A DNA stretch of 37,683 nucleotides from Candidatus Acetothermia bacterium (GTDB lineage Bacteria; Bipolaricaulota; Bipolaricaulia; RBG-16-55-9; DRXL01), in contig JAPWVB010000002.1 in NCBI GenBank assembly GCA_028275205.1, positions 1 through 37,683 on the forward strand. The letters run 5' to 3'. This document shows, piece by piece, positions 23,589-31,619 of the stretch. A program made the translations under genes and the position numbers. The first letter of the stretch is position 1, and each line of letters opens with the position of its first letter. The notes beneath the pieces were generated by a model. The model did no database searches, had not been told where the DNA came from, and saw only the letters and a list, made by a program, of their open reading frames with translations.

Positions 23589-24815
23589 ATGCGGCGTTCG
23601 TTTGAGATCGGGATTCTCTTGATAATCTTGGCATTGTCAGGGTGTACCCTTGCGCAAGCTCCCTTTGCGTTCTTCGTGGCCTCTCCGACGGTTGGGGAGG
23701 CCCCGCTGAAAGTCAGCTTCAACGCGTCGGGCTCCAGCGACCCCGACGGCACCATCGCCCAATACGAGTGGGATTTTGACAACAACGGCTCCATAGACGC
23801 CACCGGGGTCACCGCGACCCATACGTATTCATCGTCGGGCCTCTACACCGCGGTGCTGACCGTGACGGACAATACAAATCTCAAGAGCAAGTTTACGCTC
23901 CTCATCACCGTGCTGGAACCGACGATCTTCTTCTCTCGATGGGACGGTGGGAGCAATTTCGGGATCTTTCGCATGAACACAAACGGCACTGCGCTCACGC
24001 AGCTGACGATGGGCATAGACGCCTGGCCGGCTGTGGCTCCTAACGGCCGCCAGCTCGTGGCGTTCGCCCGCGACATGGACCCTGATCCTGCGGGTTTTCA
24101 GTTCGATATCTTCACGATGCTCCCCAACGGTACCCTGCAGACAGATCTTACCCCGCAAAGCCCAAGCCAAGAGATCCAACCGACTTGGTCGCCTGACGCA
24201 ACAAAGATCGCGTTTGCGACCAATCGCGATGGACACTTTGAAATCTATAAGATGAACGCCGACGGGACGAGTCCCTCTCGCGTCACGACCGTCACGCCCA
24301 AAGACGCCTTCGCCCCACGCTGGTCGCCGACCAATCCCAATCTCTTGATCTTCGTGACGAACAACGACACCGCCCCAAACGCCCTCGACATCTGGAAGAT
24401 CAACGCCGACGGCACGGGGCTGACCAATCTCACCAACCGCCCCAGCTATAACGATGGGGCCATCTCGCCGCTCTCCGGGTTTCCTTCTCCGCCCAGCTGG
24501 TCGCCCGACGGCACCAAGATCGCCTTCACTTCAGATCAGACGGGGAATTTAGACATCTTCGTGATGAACGCCGACGGCACGAATATCGTTAGCCTCAATA
24601 CGTTCGCCTCGTCTAGCACAGCGAATCTGTCAACGTCGAATGAGTTCGACCCCTTCTGGCTCCCCAACGGACAGGAGATCGCGTTCGTCTCCGATCGCGA
24701 TGGGACGTATCAGATCTATAAAGTCAATCTCTCGACTGGGGCTGTGACCCAGCTGACCCCCGGCGGGATGAACCTCATGCCCGCCAGAACGAGCAGCACC
24801 ACGAACGAAAGATAG
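23589..24815 (+). CDS. Lipoprotein with an N-terminal PKD domain and a TolB-like (PD40/WD40-like) beta-propeller
   Basis: GAGGAGG RBS and lipobox (LALSGC). The PKD region is PLKVSFNASGSSDPDGTIAQYEWDFDNNG...YTAVLTVTDN. PD40-type repeats recur: P.WSPDGTKIAF.S.R.G...I[YF].MNADGT, appearing as WSPDATKIAFATNRDGHFEIYKMNADGT and WSPDGTKIAFTSDQTGNLDIFVMNADGT. Confidence 0.85.
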   Translation: MRRSFEIGILLIILALSGCTLAQAPFAFFVASPTVGEAPLKVSFNASGSSDPDGTIAQYEWDFDNNGSIDATGVTATHTYSSSGLYTAVLTVTDNTNLKSKFTLLITVLEPTIFFSRWDGGSNFGIFRMNTNGTALTQLTMGIDAWPAVAPNGRQLVAFARDMDPDPAGFQFDIFTMLPNGTLQTDLTPQSPSQEIQPTWSPDATKIAFATNRDGHFEIYKMNADGTSPSRVTTVTPKDAFAPRWSPTNPNLLIFVTNNDTAPNALDIWKINADGTGLTNLTNRPSYNDGAISPLSGFPSPPSWSPDGTKIAFTSDQTGNLDIFVMNADGTNIVSLNTFASSSTANLSTSNEFDPFWLPNGQEIAFVSDRDGTYQIYKVNLSTGAVTQLTPGGMNLMPARTSSTTNER

Positions 24816-26233
24816 ACAACCCAATCTCCAAGCTGCACGTAGAGCGTCGCGCGGTCCTGCAGGAGGATCGTCTCCTGCAGGATCTGCTCTTTTTCAGAGC
24901 GCGTGGCTATGAGAATCTTTCCGTGCGGGTCAATCACCCCAGAGACGCCCCCGTTGGCAGCTTGCAGAGTAAAACGCCCCGTTTCTACGGCGCGAAAGAT
25001 CGCCTTGGCGAAGTGCTGATCAAGGGCTTTGGAACGCTTGAACCACGCGTCGTTCGTGATAATGAGAATCGCTTGGGCGCCGTTGCTGACGAATGCCCGG
25101 CTGATCCGCGAGAAGATGGACTCAAAGCAAATCGGGGTTGCTAGCTTCACTCCTTGAGGGAGGAGAAGCGGGCGAAATCCATCTCCCGGCGTGAGCGCCC
25201 CCAGCGGCAACGGCCCGATCAGATTCTCTAAGCCTAAGCGACGCAAGAGCCCGATCATTGGGAAATATTCGGTGCTGAACGGCACCAGCTGGACTTTGTC
25301 ATAGAGATCTGAGACTCTTCCCTCGGGCGCGATCAGCGCAGCTGTGTTCAAGAGTTTTCCATCGCGGTAGTCAATCGTCCCTACGATGAGCGAGGCGCGG
25401 AGGCGTCGCGCTTGCTCCTGATAGGGCCGAAGAAGCTCTTCTTGGCGGAGCAGATACGCCGGCACGATGGATTCCGGAAGGAGCACAAGGTCAACGCTCT
25501 CTGGAGAGAGCTGATCTAACTGAGAGAGATAGAGCGTCTGCAGGGCTTGGAGCTGCCCCGGATCGCTGCGAGCTCGCTGCGGGACGTTCGAGTGCACGAT
25601 CGCTACCCGCAGTGGCTGTCCTTCGGGGAGAGCGCGAGCAAGCTGATACGCCCCCCAGCCCCAGTCGAGCGCAATGAGCCCCATCGCGAATACACTGTAG
25701 AGCAGACGGCGCTCGCGCACCGCGCGATAGAGCAGAAGATTCACGAGCACAATGAGCATCGAGATTCCCCACGTCCCTGTCAGGGAAGCGACCTGAATGA
25801 GCGCAGGGTACTGAGCGAGCGCATCGCTCACAAATCCCCACGTGAACCCAAAGCGCGTCAGCGAACGCAGATATTCTAAGAGAACCCACAGCGCCGGCAC
25901 AGCTATCCACAGATATTTTCTATAGCCTTGCATAGCGACATACGCCGTGCCAAAGAGCCCCCACCACAGCGCCAACAGCCCCGCCAACCCCAGATGCCCA
26001 AAGATAATCAAAGCCCCGGCCCACTCGAAGAGCGTATACACCCAATACAAAAGCAGCGCGAAGAAGGCGAACCCGCACAGATACCCCAGGCCAAAGCCCT
26101 GACGCGGCGTGCTCCCCTCCAGAGCGAAAAAGAGCGGCACGACCGCCACGAAGATCAGCCCGCCCCACAGATACCCCGGCATACTGAACAGTATCAAGAG
26201 GGCTGAGAAAATCGCCAAGATCGCTCGAAACAT
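24716..26233 (-). CDS. lnt: Apolipoprotein N-acyltransferase Lnt
   Basis: A multi-TM N-terminal region is followed by a CN-hydrolase domain: VDLVLLPES (Glu), a conserved Lys region, and ATPICFESIF (catalytic Cys). A C-terminal TM helix is present. Confidence 0.9.
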   Translation of the reverse strand: MFRAILAIFSALLILFSMPGYLWGGLIFVAVVPLFFALEGSTPRQGFGLGYLCGFAFFALLLYWVYTLFEWAGALIIFGHLGLAGLLALWWGLFGTAYVAMQGYRKYLWIAVPALWVLLEYLRSLTRFGFTWGFVSDALAQYPALIQVASLTGTWGISMLIVLVNLLLYRAVRERRLLYSVFAMGLIALDWGWGAYQLARALPEGQPLRVAIVHSNVPQRARSDPGQLQALQTLYLSQLDQLSPESVDLVLLPESIVPAYLLRQEELLRPYQEQARRLRASLIVGTIDYRDGKLLNTAALIAPEGRVSDLYDKVQLVPFSTEYFPMIGLLRRLGLENLIGPLPLGALTPGDGFRPLLLPQGVKLATPICFESIFSRISRAFVSNGAQAILIITNDAWFKRSKALDQHFAKAIFRAVETGRFTLQAANGGVSGVIDPHGKILIATRSEKEQILQETILLQDRATLYVQLGDWVVYLSFVVLLVLAGMRFIPPGVSWVTAPVERLTL

Positions 26234-26237
26234 TTCG

Positions 26238-27104
26238 CTATCGCAAGACCCCGTATTCGAATATTTGATAGTAAATCAAATAGCCTCCTGCGGCTATCAG
26301 CAGCAGCCCGTTGAGCCATTGGGTGGCTCGCTCCCAGTGGCGTATCTGGAAGAAGAGCAGCGCGGGCAGCGCCAGGGCAAAGAGGCTCAAAAAGATGCGG
26401 TTGGTCCCAGAAAATGCCGCGCCCCAGCTTGTGGAAAGCTGCGGCTGTGACCACATGAGCACCAAGACGATCACTACAGGGATGCTTGCCCCAATCACGG
26501 CTTGTCTGAGGGGCAAGCTTCGGTCAAGACTGCCCTTCGAGTACGCGATGCTCACCGAAAGCAAGAGCATCATCAGCGTCATGCCCAAGGCATACGCGAT
26601 AAAGTTTAGCAAGCCGTTCAATGGGCCCACCGTGAATATTGGCCTGACGACGTAGATCATAAAGATCGGCAGGGTGCAGCCGCACGACGCGATCGCGTAG
26701 CTGATGCCGTATAGATAATAGAAGAGGAGGCCTTGGGAGCTCGAGCGCACCTGGAAAGAGAGGGGAAGCGCAAGCTCACGCCCTCCTAGCGTAAAGATCC
26801 CCAAGGCCATCAATCCCAGCCCCAACAGCATCGCTGCCCAAGGGAAATAAGCACCAAGCGCTGTGCCCACGAGAGAGACCGCGATCCCCAGCAGAAGAAA
26901 GACCGTGAAGAACCCTGCGCTCACCGCGCCCCCAAGCGCCAGGCCCTGCAGAGCACGCTCCCACCAGCGCTCGCGGCGAAGATGAGCTCGTCCCCCTAAG
27001 TAGTGAGATATATACGAAGGTAAGAGCGCAAATCCACAGGGGTTCAGAAACGCGACCATCCCCGCGCTCAAGGCTGACCCCATCAAGCTCCAATCGCCCT
27101 GCAT
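26238..27104 (-). CDS. ccdA: CcdA/DsbD-family thiol:disulfide-transfer membrane protein (cytochrome c biogenesis transmembrane-region family)
   Basis: It is polytopic, with the two family Cys motifs: AFLNPCGFALLPSY near the N-terminus and a second cysteine pair in a TM helix (IASCGCTLPIF). Confidence 0.75.
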   Translation of the reverse strand: MQGDWSLMGSALSAGMVAFLNPCGFALLPSYISHYLGGRAHLRRERWWERALQGLALGGAVSAGFFTVFLLLGIAVSLVGTALGAYFPWAAMLLGLGLMALGIFTLGGRELALPLSFQVRSSSQGLLFYYLYGISYAIASCGCTLPIFMIYVVRPIFTVGPLNGLLNFIAYALGMTLMMLLLSVSIAYSKGSLDRSLPLRQAVIGASIPVVIVLVLMWSQPQLSTSWGAAFSGTNRIFLSLFALALPALLFFQIRHWERATQWLNGLLLIAAGGYLIYYQIFEYGVLR

Positions 27105-27124
27105 AGCGCTTGTATCTTACCATC

Positions 27125-27153
27125 TTGCGCGGACCCCGTCCATCCCGTACAAT
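27125..27153 (+). promoter_or_regulatory. Promoter candidate for lgt: TTGCGC-17 nt-TACAAT
   Basis: TTGCGC lies at 27125-27130 and TACAAT at 27148-27153. It is ~30 nt upstream of ATG 27185, with GAGGGTGA in between. Confidence 0.35.
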
Positions 27154-27184
27154 CGCTCTACTTGAAGATGAGGGTGATTGACGG

Positions 27185-28039
27185 ATGAATCCGATTCTTA
27201 TCGAGATCCCTATGCCCTTTGGCTGGCCAAGCTTGCAGATACGCTATTACGGCTTAATGTACGTGATCGCGATTCTCGTGGGGATATATCTGACGCGCCG
27301 CGAGTGCGCCCGCAAGGGGCTGCCCCTCACGCTCGACGACATCTTAGATTTTGTGCTGATCACCGTGCCTGTGGCGATCATCGGGGCGCGACTCTACTAT
27401 GTTGCCTTCCAATGGGCGAACTTCTACGTGCCCGGCGATCTGGGAAAGACGCTGCTCAATATTATCGCGATCTGGGAGGGCGGCTTAGCTATTCACGGGG
27501 GCATTCTCGCGGGGCTGCTCATGCTCTGGGTCTACTCTCGATGGAAGAGAGTCTCGTTGTGGCAGTTTGCCGACGCCGTGGCTCCCAGCATGATCTTGGG
27601 CCAAGCCCTCGGACGATTTGGAAACTTTATGAACGGCGATGCGTACGGGGTGCCGCTGGGGCCAGAATGGCCCCCGTGGCTCGATTGGGTCGGAGTCGTC
27701 TACAAAGAGGGTACGCCCGGATTCCAACAGTTTGGGTACATCCCCACCCACCCCACCATGCTCTATGAGATGTTCGGCGATCTCGTAATATTTGGGGTGC
27801 TGATGTGGCTGCGGAAGAAGGACTTCCAAGACGGATTTATCGCGTCGCTGTATATGGTGCTGTACTCGTTCTTGCGCTTCTGGATGGAGTTTTTGCGCGC
27901 AGACGCCCTCTGGCTCATCCCCGATGTGCTGCGAGCTGCCCAAGTGATCAGCGTCATTCTCTTTCTTGTCTTTGGGGCGTTCATTCTCGTGAAGAAGCTC
28001 TACGTGCGCAAGGCGATCGCCGCGCCGTCGGGCTCATAG
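27185..28039 (+). CDS. lgt: Prolipoprotein diacylglyceryl transferase Lgt
   Basis: Family motifs are present: YGLMYVIAILVG, GARLYYV, IWEGGLAIHGGI and GRFGNFMNGDAYG. Confidence 0.93.
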   Translation: MNPILIEIPMPFGWPSLQIRYYGLMYVIAILVGIYLTRRECARKGLPLTLDDILDFVLITVPVAIIGARLYYVAFQWANFYVPGDLGKTLLNIIAIWEGGLAIHGGILAGLLMLWVYSRWKRVSLWQFADAVAPSMILGQALGRFGNFMNGDAYGVPLGPEWPPWLDWVGVVYKEGTPGFQQFGYIPTHPTMLYEMFGDLVIFGVLMWLRKKDFQDGFIASLYMVLYSFLRFWMEFLRADALWLIPDVLRAAQVISVILFLVFGAFILVKKLYVRKAIAAPSGS

Positions 28040-28753
28040 CTGAAAGTCTTCCCCAAGATAGTACTTTCGCGCCAGAGGGTGAGAGGCGATCTCCTCAGGG
28101 CGACCGCTGAGCAGGAGCTTCCCCTCGTTGAGCAGATACGCGTAGTCCGTGACGCGCAGCGTCTCCCGCACGTTGTGATCAGTCACGACAACGCCGATCC
28201 CATCAGACGCTAACGCGCGCATGATCTTTTGGATCTCGGCGACGCTCAAGGGGTCTATCCCGGAGAACGGCTCGTCCAGCAAGAGGAACTTCGGGGAAGT
28301 CGCTAAAGCGCGCGCAATCTCCACACGGCGGCGCTCCCCGGCCGACAGCGTGTCTACCCGCTGATGCGCCAGATGGGCAATGCCGAGCTTCTCTAAAAGC
28401 TGCAGGGCTCTCATCTGACGCGCCCGCGGCTCCCGCTCCCACCGCTCCAAGACGAGCAACAGATTCTCGAGCGCGCTGAGCTTGCGGAAGACCGAGGGCT
28501 CTTGAGGCAGATAGTGAATGCCCGCTCGCGCGCGCGCATAGAAGGGCCACCGCCCAATGGGCCGCTCGTTTAAAAAGACCTCCCCGGACTCGTGAGCGAT
28601 CAGCCCCGTGATAATATAGAACGTCGTGGTCTTGCCCGCGCCATTGGCTCCCAGCAACCCCACGACCTTGCCGCTCTCGATCTGCAGCGAGACGCCATCA
28701 ACGACGCAGCGCCCGCTGTAGCTCTTGATCAAGCCTTCCGTACGTAGAATCAT
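28034..28753 (-). CDS. lptB: LPS export ABC transporter ATP-binding protein LptB
   Basis: Walker A is GLLGANGAGKTTTFY, the LptB-typical Q-loop context is IHYLPQEPSVFRKLS, the signature is LSAGERRRVEIARAL, and Walker B is LLLDEPFSGIDP. The length is 239 aa. Confidence 0.92.
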   Translation of the reverse strand: MILRTEGLIKSYSGRCVVDGVSLQIESGKVVGLLGANGAGKTTTFYIITGLIAHESGEVFLNERPIGRWPFYARARAGIHYLPQEPSVFRKLSALENLLLVLERWEREPRARQMRALQLLEKLGIAHLAHQRVDTLSAGERRRVEIARALATSPKFLLLDEPFSGIDPLSVAEIQKIMRALASDGIGVVVTDHNVRETLRVTDYAYLLNEGKLLLSGRPEEIASHPLARKYYLGEDFQL

Positions 28754-29289
28754 TTCTTCCGCAAGATGAGTCGCGCATCGTGGAGGATCGTGGCTCGCCC
28801 CGTCTCTGAAGAGTATTCAAAGCCCCGTCCCGTCAGGATGAACTCCTCGCTCTCGATGCGCACCGCTGATGATGTCGTCAAGATCTTCTTCTCGTTGCTC
28901 CACAAGAGATTCTCCGTGCTCAGCGAGAAGTCGCGCCCACTGACAACAATCTCCCCTGGCAGCTCGATATCCCCAGTGCGATTGTGCAGCTTCGCCAGAG
29001 GAGCGCGGACCGTGAGCGCTTCCTGCCCTTCGCTGTCGAAGAAGTGCAGCGTGATCTCCTCAGCAATGCTCATATCTTCCCCGATGGACAGCGCGGACGC
29101 GGCAAGCTCCCAAAGCTTCTTCCCGTGCTCATCGTAGCGCACGATATGGGCGCGATCAGCTGAAAGTATAGAAGCGCGAGAGTCTCTCATCTCCGGCCAC
29201 AGATGAGAGACCGACGACCAGAGCCAATAGAGCCCCCCGATGCTCCCAACGATCAGCCCCAGACCAAGGACTTGCGCCGCGCGAGACAT
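28750..29289 (-). CDS. lptC: LptC-like membrane-anchored periplasmic LPS-transport protein (OstA-fold)
   Basis: N-terminal TM anchor ([18 protein letters not shown]) followed by a ~150-aa beta-rich domain. It overlaps the lptB start by 4 nt. Size and position match lptC. Confidence 0.65.
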   Translation of the reverse strand: MSRAAQVLGLGLIVGSIGGLYWLWSSVSHLWPEMRDSRASILSADRAHIVRYDEHGKKLWELAASALSIGEDMSIAEEITLHFFDSEGQEALTVRAPLAKLHNRTGDIELPGEIVVSGRDFSLSTENLLWSNEKKILTTSSAVRIESEEFILTGRGFEYSSETGRATILHDARLILRKK

Positions 29290-30878
29290 GCTTGCACCAG
29301 GCCGAGAAAGAGCGGGCGCGGCTGCGTCGGCCGCGATTTGAACTCCGGGTGGAACTGCGACGCGATAAAGAACGGATGCCCCGGAAGTTCTAGGATCTCC
29401 ATGCGCCGCCCATCGAGCGATTTCCCTGAGAATTTCAGCCCCGCTGCTTCTAGGTCTCTGATATAGCGCGGGTTGACCTCGTAGCGATGGCGATGGCGCT
29501 CGGAGATCTCCTCGGTGCCATAGAGCTTATACGCCAGCGTGCCGCGCTCGATGCGGACGGGCTGAGCCCCCAGGCGCATCGTCGCGCCCTTTTCTGTTAA
29601 GGACTTCTGCTCCGGCATCAGATCGATGACGGGGTGCTCGGTGGGGCCGAACTCCGCACTATTAGCCGTCTCCAAGCCGAGCACCGCGCGCGCAAACTCG
29701 ATCACCGCTAACTGAAACCCATAGCAGATCCCCAGGAACGGGACGCCCTGGGTGCGCGCATAGCGGATCGCTCGGATCTTGCCCTCCGCCCCACGATGGC
29801 CAAACCCCACCGGCACGATGAGCCCATCCACGCCCTCCATCTGGGATTCGGAGAACTCTTCCGCTTCGATCCAGACGATCTCCACCCCAGCCCCCAGAGC
29901 CGCCCCCGCGTGCGTGAGCGCCTCGACGTAGCTGACGTAGCTGTCCCGCAACATCGTGTACTTGCCGACGATCGCGATCTTTATCCGCTCGTGAGGATGG
30001 AGCACGGCCTCGACAAAGCGCTGCCATTCGCTTAAGTCTTTGCGGGAGGCTTCCAGCTTGAGCCGCCGCAAGAGCAGATCGGAGAGGCCCTGCTCCTCAA
30101 AGAGCAGAGGCACCTGATAGATCGAGGGCACATCAGGGGCGCTGATGACAGCTTCAGGGGGCACATCGCAGAAGAGCGCGATCTTCTTGCGAATCCCTTC
30201 TGCCAGAGGAGCCGTGCTGCGCCCGATGATCACATCGGGTTGAATCCCAATGGCGCGCAATTCCTTCACCGAGTGCTGCGTGGGCTTAGTCTTCTGCTCC
30301 CCTACGACAGAGACCACGGGCACCAACGTCGTGTGCACGAAGACACAATGATCGTCGCCGAGCTCTTGGTGCATCTGGCGCAGGGCTTCCAAAAACGGCA
30401 TGGATTCGATATCACCCACCGTACCCCCAACTTCCACGATGACCACGTCGGCCTTGGTGCGCTCGGCCACGCGCTTGATGGACGATTTGATCTCATCAGT
30501 AATATGGGGGATGATCTGCACGGTCGCCCCCAGATAGTCCCCGCGCCGCTCCTTCTCGATCACGCTCTTATAGATCTTGCCCGTGGTGATGTTGTGGTCT
30601 TTCGTTAAGTCAATATCTAAGAAGCGCTCGTAGCTGCCCAAGTCCATGTCCACTTCCGTGCCGTCGTCGAGCACGAAGACCTCTCCGTGCTGATAGGGGT
30701 TCATCGTGCCCGCGTCGCAATTGAGATAGGGATCGATCTTGATCGCCGTGACGGTCAGGCCGCGCGACTTGAGCAAGAGCCCTATGGATGAAGCCGTAAT
30801 CCCCTTGCCCAATCCAGAGAGGACGCCCCCGGTCACAAAGATATACTTGCTCACACGCACCTCGCGCACCTCACCCAT
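29253..30878 (-). CDS. pyrG: CTP synthase PyrG
   Basis: [16 protein letters not shown] is at the N-terminus. The glutamine amidotransferase triad context is GICYGFQ ... HRHRYEVN. The alternative start GTG 30854 ([10 protein letters not shown], with GAGGT 4 nt upstream) would leave the palindrome at 30869-30912 non-coding. Confidence 0.95.
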   Translation of the reverse strand: MGEVREVRVSKYIFVTGGVLSGLGKGITASSIGLLLKSRGLTVTAIKIDPYLNCDAGTMNPYQHGEVFVLDDGTEVDMDLGSYERFLDIDLTKDHNITTGKIYKSVIEKERRGDYLGATVQIIPHITDEIKSSIKRVAERTKADVVIVEVGGTVGDIESMPFLEALRQMHQELGDDHCVFVHTTLVPVVSVVGEQKTKPTQHSVKELRAIGIQPDVIIGRSTAPLAEGIRKKIALFCDVPPEAVISAPDVPSIYQVPLLFEEQGLSDLLLRRLKLEASRKDLSEWQRFVEAVLHPHERIKIAIVGKYTMLRDSYVSYVEALTHAGAALGAGVEIVWIEAEEFSESQMEGVDGLIVPVGFGHRGAEGKIRAIRYARTQGVPFLGICYGFQLAVIEFARAVLGLETANSAEFGPTEHPVIDLMPEQKSLTEKGATMRLGAQPVRIERGTLAYKLYGTEEISERHRHRYEVNPRYIRDLEAAGLKFSGKSLDGRRMEILELPGHPFFIASQFHPEFKSRPTQPRPLFLGLVQACLARRKSLVWG

Positions 30879-30912
30879 CCCCTCTCCGCAAGCGGAGAGG
30901 GCTAGGGTGAGG
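30869..30912. repeat. Nested palindromic (REP-like) element, copy B
   Basis: The sequence is cctcaccc-atc-ccctctccg-caag-cggagaggg-cta-gggtgagg. It has an outer 8-bp stem, a 3x3 internal loop, an inner 9-bp stem and a 4-nt loop. It lies in the pyrG/mobA divergent region. Confidence 0.5.
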
Positions 30913-30970
30913 TCGCTTGATTATACTCAGCTTGGAGGGGGGCAAGCAAACCTGCGCGAGCCAGCGCTTT

Positions 30971-30979
30971 TGCTACAAT
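30971..30979 (+). promoter_or_regulatory. Extended -10 promoter candidate (TGCTACAAT) for mobA
   Basis: TGCTACAAT lies at 30971-30979. The A of ATG 30986 is the 7th nt after the -10 hexamer. No SD sequence lies in between. Confidence 0.3.
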
Positions 30980-30985
30980 AAAGCT

Positions 30986-31594
30986 ATGACTGAGCGAGCC
31001 CTCTCAACGATTGTGCTTGCGGGTGGGCACTCCCATCGCCTGGGGCAGGACAAGGCTCTCCTGCCCTGGCGTGGCCGCACCCTCATCGAATATATCGTGT
31101 CGCAGCTCAAAGCGATCAGCGACGACGTGCTCGTCATCACAGGGCCACAAGTCCGCTATCGGGAGCTTGTGGACGTCCCCATCTTCGCTGATGCGATCAA
31201 GGGCGCTGGCCCTATGGGCGGACTGTACACGGGGCTCACCCACGCTCGCTATGACTATAGCTTCGTGGCCGCGTGCGACATGCCCCTGCTCAGCCGCGCC
31301 GTTATAGATTTACTCAGAGAAGAGCTGGACGGCTCAGCGTGGGCGATCGTGCCCAAGATAGCTGATTATCGCGTGCCCACACTCGCGATCTATCACAAAA
31401 AATCTCTCTCAGTTATCGAGCGGCTCCTTGCGCACGGGCGCACCTCGCTGCAGGAGCTGCTCGATGCCATCCCCACAAAGATTATTTCAGAGCAGAAGCT
31501 GCGCCAGGTCGATCCCGCGCTCCGATCGTTTTTCAATCTCAACACTCCCGAAGATTGGGAAGAGCTTATCCGCTTGGAGTTGTCCGCTCCATAG
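30986..31594 (+). CDS. mobA: Molybdenum cofactor guanylyltransferase MobA
   Basis: The family N-terminal motif is VLAGGHSHRLGQDKALLPWRG, with CDMP further downstream. The start is taken at ATG 30986. The ORF-track start at 30917 adds 23 non-family residues. Confidence 0.85.
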   Translation: MTERALSTIVLAGGHSHRLGQDKALLPWRGRTLIEYIVSQLKAISDDVLVITGPQVRYRELVDVPIFADAIKGAGPMGGLYTGLTHARYDYSFVAACDMPLLSRAVIDLLREELDGSAWAIVPKIADYRVPTLAIYHKKSLSVIERLLAHGRTSLQELLDAIPTKIISEQKLRQVDPALRSFFNLNTPEDWEELIRLELSAP

Positions 31595-31619
31595 CCCTGT
31601 GCTATCATCAGGTGGCGCT

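Noticed and set aside
27178-27768. A 196-aa plus-strand ORF starting 7 nt before lgt
   Set aside because: It is an alternative frame of lgt. The lgt frame carries all the family motifs (GARLYYV, GRFGNFMNGDAYG), and the alternative frame carries none.
30855-30915. The hairpin upstream of pyrG as a pyrG-specific CTP-sensing attenuator (as in the Bacillus pyrG leader)
   Set aside because: No U-tract follows the hairpin in the pyrG orientation. I see no obvious G-run initially-transcribed region. An element with the same architecture occurs at 16572-16617 in an unrelated context, so it is better explained as a dispersed palindromic repeat.
31428-31619. A 64-codon N-terminal extension of MutS overlapping the mobA 3' end
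   Set aside because: The extension is Arg/Ser/Cys/Pro-rich with no MutS similarity. The canonical MutS N-terminus (MAKAKLTPMMQQYLRIK) starts at ATG 31620, 26 nt after the mobA stop.
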